A DNA stretch of 63,825 nt, the filler included, from Actinomycetota bacterium (lineage in GTDB: Bacteria > Actinomycetota > CADDZG01 > JAHWKV01 > JAOPZY01): NCBI GenBank assembly GCA_025963875.1. It is 3 parts of 3 records of this genome, joined end to end, with 100 filler letters (N's around TTAATTAATTAA, not from the genome) between each part and the next. Parts side by side here need not be neighbours in the genome. Positions count along the whole stretch, not along the records: positions 1 to 27,734 come from JAOPZY010000187.1; positions 27,835 to 59,330 come from JAOPZY010000265.1; 1 more part is not named here. One strand, written 5' to 3'. Below, in pieces: positions 19,114 through 28,375 of the stretch. The stretch's first letter is position 1. Every line of letters begins with the position of its first letter. The translations under genes were made by a program, and so were the position numbers. The notes beneath the pieces are model-generated. The model saw nothing but the letters and a program-made list of their open reading frames with translations, was not told the DNA's origin and did no database searches.

Positions 19114-19608
19114 TCAGCGCCAGTGCTCTGGGCGAGTGAAGGCCGGCGGCAGCTTCGTGGAGCGGTCGCCAGTTGCCGTTTCGATCTGGGCCTGGATCAG
19201 GAAGAAGCTATGGGTCAGGTCGGCGCCCCTGAGGTCTGCCCCGCGGAGATCTGCGCCCCTGAGGTCGGTGACGTTCAGGTCGGCCCGCCGGAGGTCCGCC
19301 CCTATGAGGTACGTCCCGACGAGCGCCGCCCGGTTGAGGACTGCCCGGCTGAGATCGGCGCCGATGAGGTCGGCCTCGATGAGAACGGCCCTGGTGAGAT
19401 CGGCACCGGCAAGGCGAGCCTCGCTGAGGTTTGCCTGATACAGATCGGACTCGCTCAGGTCCGCCCGTCTCAAATCCGCCCGCCTGAGATCCGTGTGGCC
19501 CAGGTCCGCCTGCCTGAGGTCCACGTTCGTCCCTGGGTCCTTGGCTCTCCACCTGTTCCAGTCGGCGACCGAGTTGCGAAGTCTCGCGACCTGTTCCTTG
19601 TCTGCCAT
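19114..19608 (-). CDS. pentapeptide repeat protein
   Basis: long tandem run of A(D/N)Lxx repeats; C-terminal FLIQAQIETATGD...RPEHW cap. Confidence 0.9.
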   Translation of the reverse strand: MADKEQVARLRNSVADWNRWRAKDPGTNVDLRQADLGHTDLRRADLRRADLSESDLYQANLSEARLAGADLTRAVLIEADLIGADLSRAVLNRAALVGTYLIGADLRRADLNVTDLRGADLRGADLRGADLTHSFFLIQAQIETATGDRSTKLPPAFTRPEHWR

Positions 19609-19649
19609 GAGCGTCCGGAGTCTAGTCCGGGTCGTTGTATGTTCTGAAA

Positions 19650-20204
19650 ATGTCCCGAGAGCTCGAATTGCTAGGTCCTTCGCCGGAGGAGCACCCCGGC
19701 CTCAAACCCGACTGCGAGCGCTGCTGCGGTCTTTGCTGCGTCGCACCGGCCTTTGCCCGGTCTCCGGATTTCGCTATCGACAAACGCCCGGGGGAGCCCT
19801 GCCCGAACCTGACAAGGGATTTCCGCTGCGGCATCCACGACCGCCTCCGGGCCGAAGGCTTCCGGGGGTGCGTCGCCTACGACTGTTTCGGTGCGGGGCA
19901 GAAGGTTACGCAGATCACGTTCAATGGACGCAACTGGCGCGAGTCGCCGCAGATGGCGACGCAGATGTTCGAGGTGTTCGGAGTCATGCGCCAGCTTCAC
20001 GCACTGCTCGTGTATCTGAGTCAAGCGTTGACGCTGGGTCCCGCCGGGGCGCTGTACGGCGACCTACGGCGCAAGCTGGAAGAGCTGGAAGCCTCCTCGC
20101 GGGAGAGTGCCGACACGTTGCTGAGGCTCGATGTGGCGTCGCACCGGAGAGAGGTGAATGACCTGCTTCTCCGTGTGAGCGATCTCGTGCGGGCCCAAAG
20201 TTAG
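19650..20204 (+). CDS. Cys-rich protein matching the N-terminal domain of OxrA-like pentapeptide-repeat proteins
   Basis: DCERCCGLCCVAPAF..S.DFAIDK..G.PCPNL...CGIH..L...GF.GC..YDCFGAGQK. Confidence 0.75.
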   Translation: MSRELELLGPSPEEHPGLKPDCERCCGLCCVAPAFARSPDFAIDKRPGEPCPNLTRDFRCGIHDRLRAEGFRGCVAYDCFGAGQKVTQITFNGRNWRESPQMATQMFEVFGVMRQLHALLVYLSQALTLGPAGALYGDLRRKLEELEASSRESADTLLRLDVASHRREVNDLLLRVSDLVRAQS

Positions 20205-20207
20205 GCT

Positions 20208-21502
20208 CTACTCGCTGTCGTCGAGGACGAAGTCCGCCACCTGCCTGCCGAGTTTCTCACCCGCAACGTGATCGAGGCGGGTGTGCTGACCGGCGAGGAT
20301 CCGGCTGAACCCCGCCTCATCCGCTGCCGCCTGGAAGCTCGGGAAGGTCCGGGTCACTCCCGGCATGCCGTCGGACGTGACCGCGAGATGCTCGCGGCGC
20401 CCGTAGAACGAGGAGAGCACGGTGGCAGCAGCCTCGCTGAAACCACTGTGGGCGCCCGGGTAGGAAGGGTCGGGCGCCGTGACCGCCAGCGGGGTCCACG
20501 TCGGGTCCCCGACGATGCCCGGGTTGCCGGCCGTGTCGCTGAGGCGGATGGCCGTCACCGGTCGCCAGACCTGGTCGTGGTACTTGCCGTCGTACAGGGC
20601 GATGGCCGTGTCGGCCAGGGCGAAGTCGAGTTGGGAGAAGACCGTGACGGCATTCTCGAGGCTCGCTCCGTTGGCATCAACCGTCCTCTGAGCGATCTCG
20701 TTCCACACATTCCAGATGGGCGCCGCTCCCCAGAATTTGGCGATCGAGGTCTGGTCGGCCGTGCGGGTTGTGCTCGAGTCCCGACCCAGGCTCTCGACCT
20801 CGTTCAACGCGGCGGCGTAGTCGGCGCTGGTGACCGCCGGAGGGGCCGCTGGGCGGAACTGGCTCCCGCGCTCCAGCACGAACGGCCTGATGGTCCCCCA
20901 GTTCGTGAACACGGGAGCGGGGAAGTTGGGCGGGGTGGGGCGGTAGTCGCCGGGGCCCGTGCCCGGGACAAAAGCAGCGGGAGTCGCTCCAGAGCCGTCG
21001 GATGACCGGTTCTGCACGAGCCGTGCCGCAACGGTGCTCCCCACCTTGATGCCCTCCCGCTTTGGGCCGCCGTCGGGGATCGCCTGGAGCTCGGCCGCCA
21101 GCACCTGGTCGACCGCCGGCGCCATCGAGGGATACAGAGCCGTCAGGACATCGTGGGCGGCCTGATCGGCGGCAGCGTCCGGCCGGGCTCGCGGTGGCGC
21201 GTCGACCGAGACGAGGGACGGACGGTCGGCGTGGGTGATCGACACCACCGCGTCGTATTCGGCAGCCTGCAGCATGGCGAAGCTCCGGGTCGGATGGATG
21301 GCCGGCGGCTGGACCTTCGGTGTGTTGACGATCGTGATCAGCTCCTTGTTCCAGTCGGTCACCACTTGCCGGTCCCTGGTTTCAACGCCACCCCCGGGTC
21401 CCCGTTCCGGGCCAGGGCGGGACCTGCGACCGTGACGGCGATGAGCGCTGCGGCTGCTGCCGATGCTGTGAGGGCGACGAGGGCCCGTGCGTGACGCTCC
21501 AT
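20208..21502 (-). CDS. secreted PAP2/vanadium-haloperoxidase-like protein, frameshifted near 21370
   Basis: KYHDQVWRP, PSYPGAH, SRILAGQH catalytic motifs; signal peptide (MERHARALVAL, ATG 21502) lies in another frame. Confidence 0.8.
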
Positions 21503-21549
21503 GACTGAAGTCCTTTCTGACGTTGCGTTTGGGGGTTGAACGGAGGGGG

Positions 21550-22665
21550 TCAAGGCTTCGCCGCCGATGCAGGTCCCGTTCTTCCACCGACCAGCACGCC
21601 ACGGGATGCAGGCTCCTCCGCCCGCCGGTTGCTGGCCCAGAACCACAAGCCGACCGGCAACGGCAGCCAGAAGCTGATGAGCCGGTAGACGAGCACGACG
21701 GCGACCGCAGCTGCGGGACGGGTCCCGACGGCGACGAGGGCGAGGGCCATCGCCGCTTCCGCGACCCCGATGGAGCCCGGCAGGAGCGGAAGGCTGGCCG
21801 CCACCTGGCCCACGGCATAGGCCAGCAACAGGCCGCGCCAGGGAATCGCCACGCCGAGCGACAGGAACGCCAGGCTAAGCGCTCCCAGGTCGGCCAGCCA
21901 GTTCATCGTCGCGAGCGCGAGGGTCGCGGTCCAGACGCCGACGCCGGCCAGGGGCGGAAGGGGGATCCGCGTGGCGTACGTCCACGCTACCGAGTCCCCG
22001 GACACCTCGACATCCCGCCGGCTGCCCCGGGTGTGGGCACCGAGGACGCCGGCCAACCTTTCGATCACGGTCCGTACCGTCGAGGGATGGCGGCGGATCC
22101 AGATCAACCAGCCCAAGGCGCCGGCCGCGACGGCCAGGGCGGCTACCCCGACCGCCGGACCGCCGGGCCACGAGGAGAGCGCCTTGATGCACAGCTCGGC
22201 CCCCACCAGACCCAGGAGGACAAGCGAGCCTCCAGACAGGACCGCTCCTGCGGCGAGGACCCAGGCCGCACGGCCGGCGTCAGCCCCCCGGCGGGTGAGC
22301 TGCCGGTAGGTGTACGCCGTCGAGAAGGCCATGCCGGCGGGAAGGACGGCACTGACCGACCAGGACGCCGAGATCAGGCGCAGCGAGGGCATCCGCCCGA
22401 CGTCGACGCCAACGTCGGCAAGAAGCAGCCGCTGCAGTTCGGCGGCTGCCAGGACGGAGACCACCTCTGCGGCCACGGCCAGCAGGAACCACACCGGCGA
22501 GATGTGGGAGAGCCGCCGCGCTCCTTCCAACAATGTGTGGCGCTCTGGGAGCAGAAGGAGCGCCACGGCCACGGCCACGGCCGCTCGGAAAACTGTCCGC
22601 CCGTGTCGCCGGTTGCCCTGGGTCGTGGCGGTGTCGTCGTTGATGGTCGACGTGAAGTCGCTCAC
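21550..22665 (-). CDS. lysylphosphatidylglycerol-synthase TM (UPF0104/YbhN flippase-like) membrane protein
   Basis: multi-TM; LPLLPGSIGVAEAAM and VLVYRLISFW motifs. Confidence 0.82.
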   Translation of the reverse strand: MSDFTSTINDDTATTQGNRRHGRTVFRAAVAVAVALLLLPERHTLLEGARRLSHISPVWFLLAVAAEVVSVLAAAELQRLLLADVGVDVGRMPSLRLISASWSVSAVLPAGMAFSTAYTYRQLTRRGADAGRAAWVLAAGAVLSGGSLVLLGLVGAELCIKALSSWPGGPAVGVAALAVAAGALGWLIWIRRHPSTVRTVIERLAGVLGAHTRGSRRDVEVSGDSVAWTYATRIPLPPLAGVGVWTATLALATMNWLADLGALSLAFLSLGVAIPWRGLLLAYAVGQVAASLPLLPGSIGVAEAAMALALVAVGTRPAAAVAVVLVYRLISFWLPLPVGLWFWASNRRAEEPASRGVLVGGRTGPASAAKP

Positions 22666-22754
22666 TGCTTGCCCCCTCTTATCCGGCGCCTTGAGGGGCG
22701 CCTCGGGCTCCCGTCCGCATGAAGATAGGGAGGGGGGTTACGCCCTGGGCCGGA

Positions 22755-23435
22755 TCAGGCGGGTGGAGGGACGAACACCTCGACGCTTCCGTTCTGACGG
22801 CGAGCCTGGATTCGGGGCAGCGGCGGGGGCTTCGTCTGGAGCTCGAAGGAGATCACCGTGCCGTCGTACGAGAACGCCGTCCGGTGGCAGGGACAGTCGA
22901 GTCGACCCGCCGGGGCGTTCATCCGCAGCAGGCATCCGAGGTGCGTGCAGGATCCCGACACGGCCACGGGGACGCCGGACTGGTCACTGACGAAGCCGAC
23001 GACGGCGCCGGCGGCGAACTGTTTGGCCGCACCCCCCAGGTCGGTCTCGGCCGCTACCGGGACCCACTGGCCCTGGTCCGGCGTCAGCTGGGCCTGGCTC
23101 TGGGCGGGCTGCGAGGCGCCGGACCCGAACACGGTCCGATCCAGCACGACCCCGCCGGCTCCGGCAACCACTGCCGCTGCCGCGCCGGTGAGGAAGGCCC
23201 GCCGGGAGGTACCGGCAGGTCGGCGCCCGCCGTGTCTGGCATCCGACAACCTGCCTGCGAGGCCGGCGATGAAGTCCTCGTCCGGAAGGTCCGCTCCCTC
23301 CATGCCCGCCCGCAGTTCGATGGCGGCCCGCAGCGCGGCGACGTCCTCGGGGTCGTCGATCCGGCCCTGGGGCAGCGGCCGATCTCCGAGCACCGCCTCG
23401 ACGAAGGCGTCGGACTTCCGCTTGCGGGGACTCAT
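22755..23435 (-). CDS. Rieske [2Fe-2S] protein with anti-sigma-like N-terminus and twin-arginine TM, copy 2
   Basis: SRRAFL plus hydrophobic stretch; CTHLGC...CPCH. Confidence 0.85.
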   Translation of the reverse strand: MSPRKRKSDAFVEAVLGDRPLPQGRIDDPEDVAALRAAIELRAGMEGADLPDEDFIAGLAGRLSDARHGGRRPAGTSRRAFLTGAAAAVVAGAGGVVLDRTVFGSGASQPAQSQAQLTPDQGQWVPVAAETDLGGAAKQFAAGAVVGFVSDQSGVPVAVSGSCTHLGCLLRMNAPAGRLDCPCHRTAFSYDGTVISFELQTKPPPLPRIQARRQNGSVEVFVPPPA

Positions 23436-23651
23436 GGCCTGATCGTCTCCACATCGAACAGCTGTCGGGCAACGACGCCCCAACAGTAAACCGCGGTGCT
23501 GTATCCCGCTCCCCATCTGAATGCAGAGGACTGCATGCCGACCGACTGCGGCTCAGCGCTTTCCGTAGTGGCGCCGAGCAAGCCGTCGGCACAGCGGCCA
23601 ATGCGAGGCGGGGCGGATTTTGCCCAAGGCGAGCAGCGGCGCCGAATGGCC

Positions 23652-24341
23652 TTAAACGGACGGAGGAACCAAGACCTCGATGCTGCCGTCTCGCCGTCGG
23701 ACCTGCAACCGGGGGAGGGCCGCCGGGGCGGGGTGCAGCCTTGAGGCGGCCACCGCTCCGTCGTAGCCGAACTTGCTCATGTGGCATGGACACTCCAGCC
23801 GCCGGGTCTCGTCATTCCCGCGGAGCAGGCAGCCCTGGTGCGTGCATACGCCCGACACCGCGGTGAGGCCGGTCCCGGCCTGCGCGAGAAAACCGACCAC
23901 CCCGGCGGTCTCGAATCGGTGGGCGGCGCCGTCGGCCAGATCGGCTTCCCTCGCCACCGCCACCCACCGGCCCTGAGCGGGATCGAGGTCGAGGGCCTGG
24001 GGCACGGCTCGCTCCGGAGTCCCGTAGTGCAGGAGCGTCCGGTCGGCCATGGCGCCGGCGACCCCGGCTGCGGCCGCCGCGGCGCCGGCGAGCACGGTTC
24101 GGCGGGAAATCGCCCGCCGCCGACCTGGAACCGGGCCGGTATCGACCTCGGCAGCCAACTCCCGGCGCAGCCGGGTCACGAACTCCTCGCTGGGGAGATC
24201 GGCCGCCGGGCGTCCCGCTCGCAAGGCAATCGCGACCCGGAACGCCTCCAACTCCTCGCCGGGGACCCGACCTGCCGGGACTCGTTGGCCGTCGACGATG
24301 GCGTTGGTCCGGCGTGCGGCTCGCAGGGTGCGGTGATTCAT
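23652..24341 (-). CDS. Rieske [2Fe-2S] protein with anti-sigma-like N-terminus and twin-arginine TM, copy 1
   Basis: SRRTVL plus hydrophobic stretch; CTHQGC...CPCH; ATGA overlap with the sigma gene. Confidence 0.85.
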   Translation of the reverse strand: MNHRTLRAARRTNAIVDGQRVPAGRVPGEELEAFRVAIALRAGRPAADLPSEEFVTRLRRELAAEVDTGPVPGRRRAISRRTVLAGAAAAAAGVAGAMADRTLLHYGTPERAVPQALDLDPAQGRWVAVAREADLADGAAHRFETAGVVGFLAQAGTGLTAVSGVCTHQGCLLRGNDETRRLECPCHMSKFGYDGAVAASRLHPAPAALPRLQVRRRDGSIEVLVPPSV

Positions 24342-24859
24342 GATTCCGCTCCCGAGCCGGCGGCGGCCATGCGCAACGCGCGGTGCTGGAGCACCTTGGC
24401 GTTGGCGACGCTGATGCCCATCTCCCGGGCGGCTTCCTTAATGGAGCACGCCTCCAGGAACCGCAGCTCGAGGATGCGGCGGTGGCGATCCGGCAGGCCC
24501 TGCAGCAGCCGCCGCGCCCGGGCGGGAGCGTCCGACTCTGCCGGAGGTTCGGCCAGGTAGCTTGCGGCCAGATCGGGGTCGATGGAGGTGACTTGCAGGC
24601 CGAGGCGCCGCCGCCAGTACGTGGCGAGGACGGTGCGGCACGTGGCAGCAAGGTAAGCCCGGACCTCGCCGCGCGAGGCAGTGACCCGCAGGGGCCCGAG
24701 AGCCGCCATGAACACCTCGGTGGTCAGATCCTCTGCGTCGTGGCGATTGCCGACCTTGGAGAAGAGAAGGCGGTAGACGCGGACCACGTTGTCCAGGTAG
24801 ATCTCGTCCCAGTTGGCGTACCGCTCCTCGCCGGCGGGCTCGGTCGGATCGTGGGTCAT
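24338..24859 (-). CDS. ECF RNA polymerase sigma factor
   Basis: 173 aa; region 2 DAEDLTTEVF; region 4 SIKEAAREMGISVANAKVLQHRAL. Confidence 0.92.
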   Translation of the reverse strand: MTHDPTEPAGEERYANWDEIYLDNVVRVYRLLFSKVGNRHDAEDLTTEVFMAALGPLRVTASRGEVRAYLAATCRTVLATYWRRRLGLQVTSIDPDLAASYLAEPPAESDAPARARRLLQGLPDRHRRILELRFLEACSIKEAAREMGISVANAKVLQHRALRMAAAGSGAES

Positions 24860-25072
24860 CGCAGCGTTCCGCCGGTCCGGAAGGCGGACGATCGTGGCGG
24901 GTGCAGCTTCACCCGGGCTGGGGCTGCGAGCAGTGTCGATGCCCTGAGGTACGCCCAGGGGTTACAAGCTGACCGGCCGCCATGATGAAGCCACTCTAGA
25001 TTGTGCCAATAGGTGCGCTGTGCGCCCTTTTCGGCCCAAGCTACCCCTCGGCTAGCTGGCGGAACTGCCGCA

Positions 25073-26707
25073 TCAGTTCGAGAACTCGAGCCGGAGCCAA
25101 CGGTAGCCCCATCCGTCCAGGTCGAGCGAGGCCAGATCTCGCGGCCGGGTGCCGTACCGGCGGTTGGCAAACATCTCGAGCACCAGGTCGGGCGTCCCGA
25201 GATCCGTACTGAGGTCGACCTTGCAGGGCTCGTCGCGGAGGTTGGTGATCGCCACCGTCGTGCCGGTGCGGCCGTCGAAGCGGAGGGCAAGGACCTGCTC
25301 GAGGCCGGAGTCGAGGAGCATCCATCGGCCGTCTCCGGACTCGGGGCACTCGCGCAGGGCCCGCAGCATGCGCTCGAACCACGCCAGGAGCGACTCGTCG
25401 TCGCCCCGCTCGGCATCCACGTTCACCTGCTCGTACCCGTAGTCCCTGTCGGTGATCACCGGGCGTATCAGCCGGTCCTCCGGCGCCGTCGAGAACCCCG
25501 CGTTGGGCTTGTCCGACCACTGCATCGGCGTGCGGATGGAGTACCGTTCCGGAAGGCTGAGATCGTCCCCCATGCCGATCTCCTCGCCGTAGCGGAGCAC
25601 CGGCGTGCCCGGCAGCGAGAACTGGAGGGCATAGGCCAGCTCGATACGTCTGCGGTCTCCGCCAAGCATCGGAGCGAGGCGGCGGCGAATTCCGCGTTCG
25701 TAGAGCCGCATCTCCGGCTCGGGCCCGAACGCCTCGAAGCACTCCTGCCGCTCGCCTGGGCTGAGCCGGGAGAGGTCGATCTCGTCGTGGAGGCGGAGGA
25801 ACGTCGCCCAACTGCAAGGCTCCGCGATGGTTGGCGTCCACCACAGTGCCTCCCGGATCGGGGCGGCGGACTGGCGTGCGAGGGCGAGGAAGATGCGCTC
25901 GTTCAGGGCGAAATTGAAGAGCATGTGCAGGCGGTGGCCACCGCCGAAGTACTCGGGGATGTTCTCGCGGTCGACGTTGGCTTCGGCGAGCACGACGAGG
26001 TCTCCCTGCCGCCAGCTGATGAGGTCGCGCAGTTCGTCCAACCAGCCGAACTCCCGGTGGCCGTCGGCTCGGTCCGCTCTCGGGTCCTCGACGACGAAGG
26101 GGACGGCGTCCATGCGGAAGCCGCTGACACCCATCTGGAGCCAGAAGCCGACGACCCTGGCGATCTCGAGCCGGACCTCTCGGTTGGCCCAGTTGAGATC
26201 GGGTTGGAACTCGTAGAAGCGGTGGTGGTACCAGGCCTGGGCGGCGTCGTCCCAGGTCCAGGTGCGCTCCTGGACGCCGGGGAAGACGACGCCTTCGGTG
26301 AGGTACTTGGGCCTGGCCTCCGACCAGACGTACCAGTCGCGGTACGGCGAGTCGGGGCTCGACCTGGACAGTTGGAACCACGGGTGCTCGTTGGACGTGT
26401 GGTTGACGACGAGGTCGATCATGACCCGGATGCCCCGGTTCCTCGCTCGGTGGAGCAGCTCGGCGAAGTCGCCGAGCGAGCCGATGCGGGGGTTGACGCC
26501 GTAGTAGTCGGCGACGTCGTAGCCGTCGTCCCGGTCCGGTGTGGGATGGATCGGGTGCAGCCAGAGGCACGTCACGCCCAGCCGGGCGAGATAGTCGAGG
26601 CGGGCGATGAGGCCCGGGATGTCGCCGACGCCGTCGCCGTTGGAGTCCTGGAACGTCTCGACATCGAGTGAATAGATGACGGCCTGCTTGAACCACCGCT
26701 CGTTCAT
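25073..26707 (-). CDS. GH13 alpha-amylase family, trehalose synthase (TreS)-like
   Basis: DSNGDGVGD, DLVVNHTS, GFRMDAVP, LAEAN, FLRLHDE motifs. Confidence 0.88.
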   Translation of the reverse strand: MNERWFKQAVIYSLDVETFQDSNGDGVGDIPGLIARLDYLARLGVTCLWLHPIHPTPDRDDGYDVADYYGVNPRIGSLGDFAELLHRARNRGIRVMIDLVVNHTSNEHPWFQLSRSSPDSPYRDWYVWSEARPKYLTEGVVFPGVQERTWTWDDAAQAWYHHRFYEFQPDLNWANREVRLEIARVVGFWLQMGVSGFRMDAVPFVVEDPRADRADGHREFGWLDELRDLISWRQGDLVVLAEANVDRENIPEYFGGGHRLHMLFNFALNERIFLALARQSAAPIREALWWTPTIAEPCSWATFLRLHDEIDLSRLSPGERQECFEAFGPEPEMRLYERGIRRRLAPMLGGDRRRIELAYALQFSLPGTPVLRYGEEIGMGDDLSLPERYSIRTPMQWSDKPNAGFSTAPEDRLIRPVITDRDYGYEQVNVDAERGDDESLLAWFERMLRALRECPESGDGRWMLLDSGLEQVLALRFDGRTGTTVAITNLRDEPCKVDLSTDLGTPDLVLEMFANRRYGTRPRDLASLDLDGWGYRWLRLEFSN

Positions 26708-26731
26708 GGGCAACCCCCTGACGGTTTTCGC

Positions 26732-26757
26732 CTACCCGGCTGGGGGCAGCGTGAACC
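26732..26757 (-). promoter_or_regulatory. putative SigF/SigB-type general-stress promoter
   Basis: minus strand GGTTC-N15-GGGTAG, 25 bp upstream of the TreS-like ATG. Confidence 0.5.
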
Positions 26758-26781
26758 GCAAATCCGGAACGGGTGGCTCGG

Positions 26782-26997
26782 CTACGCCTTCTTCTTCCGA
26801 AGCTTCAGCGCGAGCGCCGGGCAGTTCGACACCGCCCACCTGGCCTGCGTCATCAGCTCCGGCGGGATGGCCTCCTTGCGGATGATCGGGTAGCCCCAGT
26901 CGTCGAGGCGGATCCACTCCGGCAGCAGCTCCGCGCAGACCCCGTGGCCCACGCAGGCGATCATGTCGACCTGCATCGTCTGCGCCGTGCGTGCCAT
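26782..26997 (-). CDS. single-cluster ferredoxin
   Basis: CVGHGVC...CPALAL; RBS GGAGGTG. Confidence 0.85.
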   Translation of the reverse strand: MARTAQTMQVDMIACVGHGVCAELLPEWIRLDDWGYPIIRKEAIPPELMTQARWAVSNCPALALKLRKKKA

Positions 26998-27002
26998 GGC
27001 TC

Positions 27003-27734
27003 TCACCTCCCCTCGGGGTCGGTGCGGGCACGGGGAACGGCGATGGTCGGCGCCCCGGCACTGGCGGCGCAGGGCCGGCCCCCGAGGTGGCGCTGGAGGT
27101 CGTGGGGGAACGCCCGCAGGGCGCTGCGCACCAGCCGCACCGACCCGTCCGGGTGCTTGCAGGCCCCCCGGCCCTCGACCTGCGCCGCCCAGCGCTGCAG
27201 CCGGGCGAGGCCCTCCGCACCCACCGGGCCGTGGCTGAGCGCCGCCATCTCCTGAGCCAGGGCGCCCAGCCCGAACACGCACGGCCCGCACTGCCCGGCG
27301 CTCTCGGCTGCGTACCACGCCATGATCCGGGCCGTCTCGGTGAGGCCGCACGCCCCGTCGGCCAGGACGATCACGACGCCGGCCCCCGGCGAGGCCCCGA
27401 CCTCGGCCAGGCCCGCCCGGCTGAAGGGGAGGCCGAACTGCCCTGCCGGCACCCAGGTGCCGAAGAAGCCGCCGACCAGCGCCGCCGCCGGCCGCCCCAC
27501 CGGAACGGCCCGCCCGACGATCGCCTCGAGCGGCGTGCCGACCGGGACCTCGATCACCCCCGGGCGCACCACGGCGCCGCTCACGGTGACCAGGGCGGTC
27601 CCGGGCTCCTCGGGGCTCCCCGACTGGCGGAACCACCCGGCGCCGTTGCGGGCGATCTGGGCCAGGTGCGCCAGCGTCTCGACGTTCTGGACCAGCGTCG
27701 GCCGCCTCCCCACCCCCCTCTCGAAGGGCCGGGG
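27003..27734 (-). CDS. NuoF-like flavin/Fe-S protein, 5'-truncated at contig end
   Basis: PTLVQNVETLA, SLBB-like segment, ESAGQCGPC...GRGAC.HPDG. Confidence 0.85.
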   Translation of the reverse strand, partial: PRPFERGVGRRPTLVQNVETLAHLAQIARNGAGWFRQSGSPEEPGTALVTVSGAVVRPGVIEVPVGTPLEAIVGRAVPVGRPAAALVGGFFGTWVPAGQFGLPFSRAGLAEVGASPGAGVVIVLADGACGLTETARIMAWYAAESAGQCGPCVFGLGALAQEMAALSHGPVGAEGLARLQRWAAQVEGRGACKHPDGSVRLVRSALRAFPHDLQRHLGGRPCAASAGAPTIAVPRARTDPEGR

Positions 27735-27834
27735 NNNNNNNNNNNNNNNNNNNNNNNNNNNNNNNNNNNNNNNNNNNNTTAATTAATTAANNNNNNNNNN
27801 NNNNNNNNNNNNNNNNNNNNNNNNNNNNNNNNNN
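27735..27834. other. artificial contig-join spacer
   Basis: 100 bp of N containing TTAATTAATTAA (stops in all six frames) at 27779-27790. Confidence 0.97.
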
Positions 27835-27898
27835 TCTGCCTCCGTCCCATCCCCGGCGGTCGTGGGGAGGAGGTTAGTCGAGCGAAAGGAGTCTGACC

Positions 27899-28129
27899 GT
27901 GGCCGACGTAACGATCACCTTTGGAGATAACGGGTCATACCACGTCGAGGGCACGATCACCCTTATCGGTCCCGACGGGTCCCAGATCGAGGCGGGGGAA
28001 GACATCTGGTTGTGCCGCTGCGGCGGCTCGGCCACCAAGCCCTTCTGCGACGGCACGCACTCCAAGATCGGCTTCGCCGCCGCCGAGGCGGCCCGTGTGG
28101 AGTTCGACCGGAAGAAAGCGAAAGGCTGA
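27899..28129 (+). CDS. CDGSH iron-sulfur domain protein
   Basis: WLCRCGGSATKPFCDGTH; RBS AAGGAG. Confidence 0.9.
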   Translation: MADVTITFGDNGSYHVEGTITLIGPDGSQIEAGEDIWLCRCGGSATKPFCDGTHSKIGFAAAEAARVEFDRKKAKG

Positions 28130-28132
28130 ACC

Positions 28133-28375
28133 TCAGCCCTCCACGACATCGCCGCTCATCTCGTTGACCTCTACCCCGAGACCGGCCGCATAGGCGACTG
28201 CGGCGTCCAGCGCCTCCTCGGGGCCGTCGATCTCGAGGATGACCCATCCCATCCGTTCCTCGACATTGGCCCGCCGCACGTTGGTCACGATCTCGTAGCG
28301 GGTCCCCATGGCGTGGATGACCGGCTCGGTGATGAGGTCCTCGGGGAAGGTGAGCAGGACGCGCCGCTTCGGCAT
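28133..28375 (-). CDS. stand-alone NIL (ACT-like) domain protein
   Basis: LTFPEDLITEPVI...TNVRRANV...GWVILEIDG; start coupled to the larE stop. Confidence 0.8.
   Translation of the reverse strand: MPKRRVLLTFPEDLITEPVIHAMGTRYEIVTNVRRANVEERMGWVILEIDGPEEALDAAVAYAAGLGVEVNEMSGDVVEG

Noticed and set aside
22755..24341. Rieske genes as bc-complex QcrA or ring-hydroxylating oxygenase parts
   Set aside because: No cytochrome b/c or oxygenase partners, and direct coupling to an ECF sigma gene.
27735..27834. TTAATTAATTAA palindrome inside N runs (also 59331-59430) as a biological site
   Set aside because: Identical 100-bp six-frame-stop linker used to concatenate contigs.
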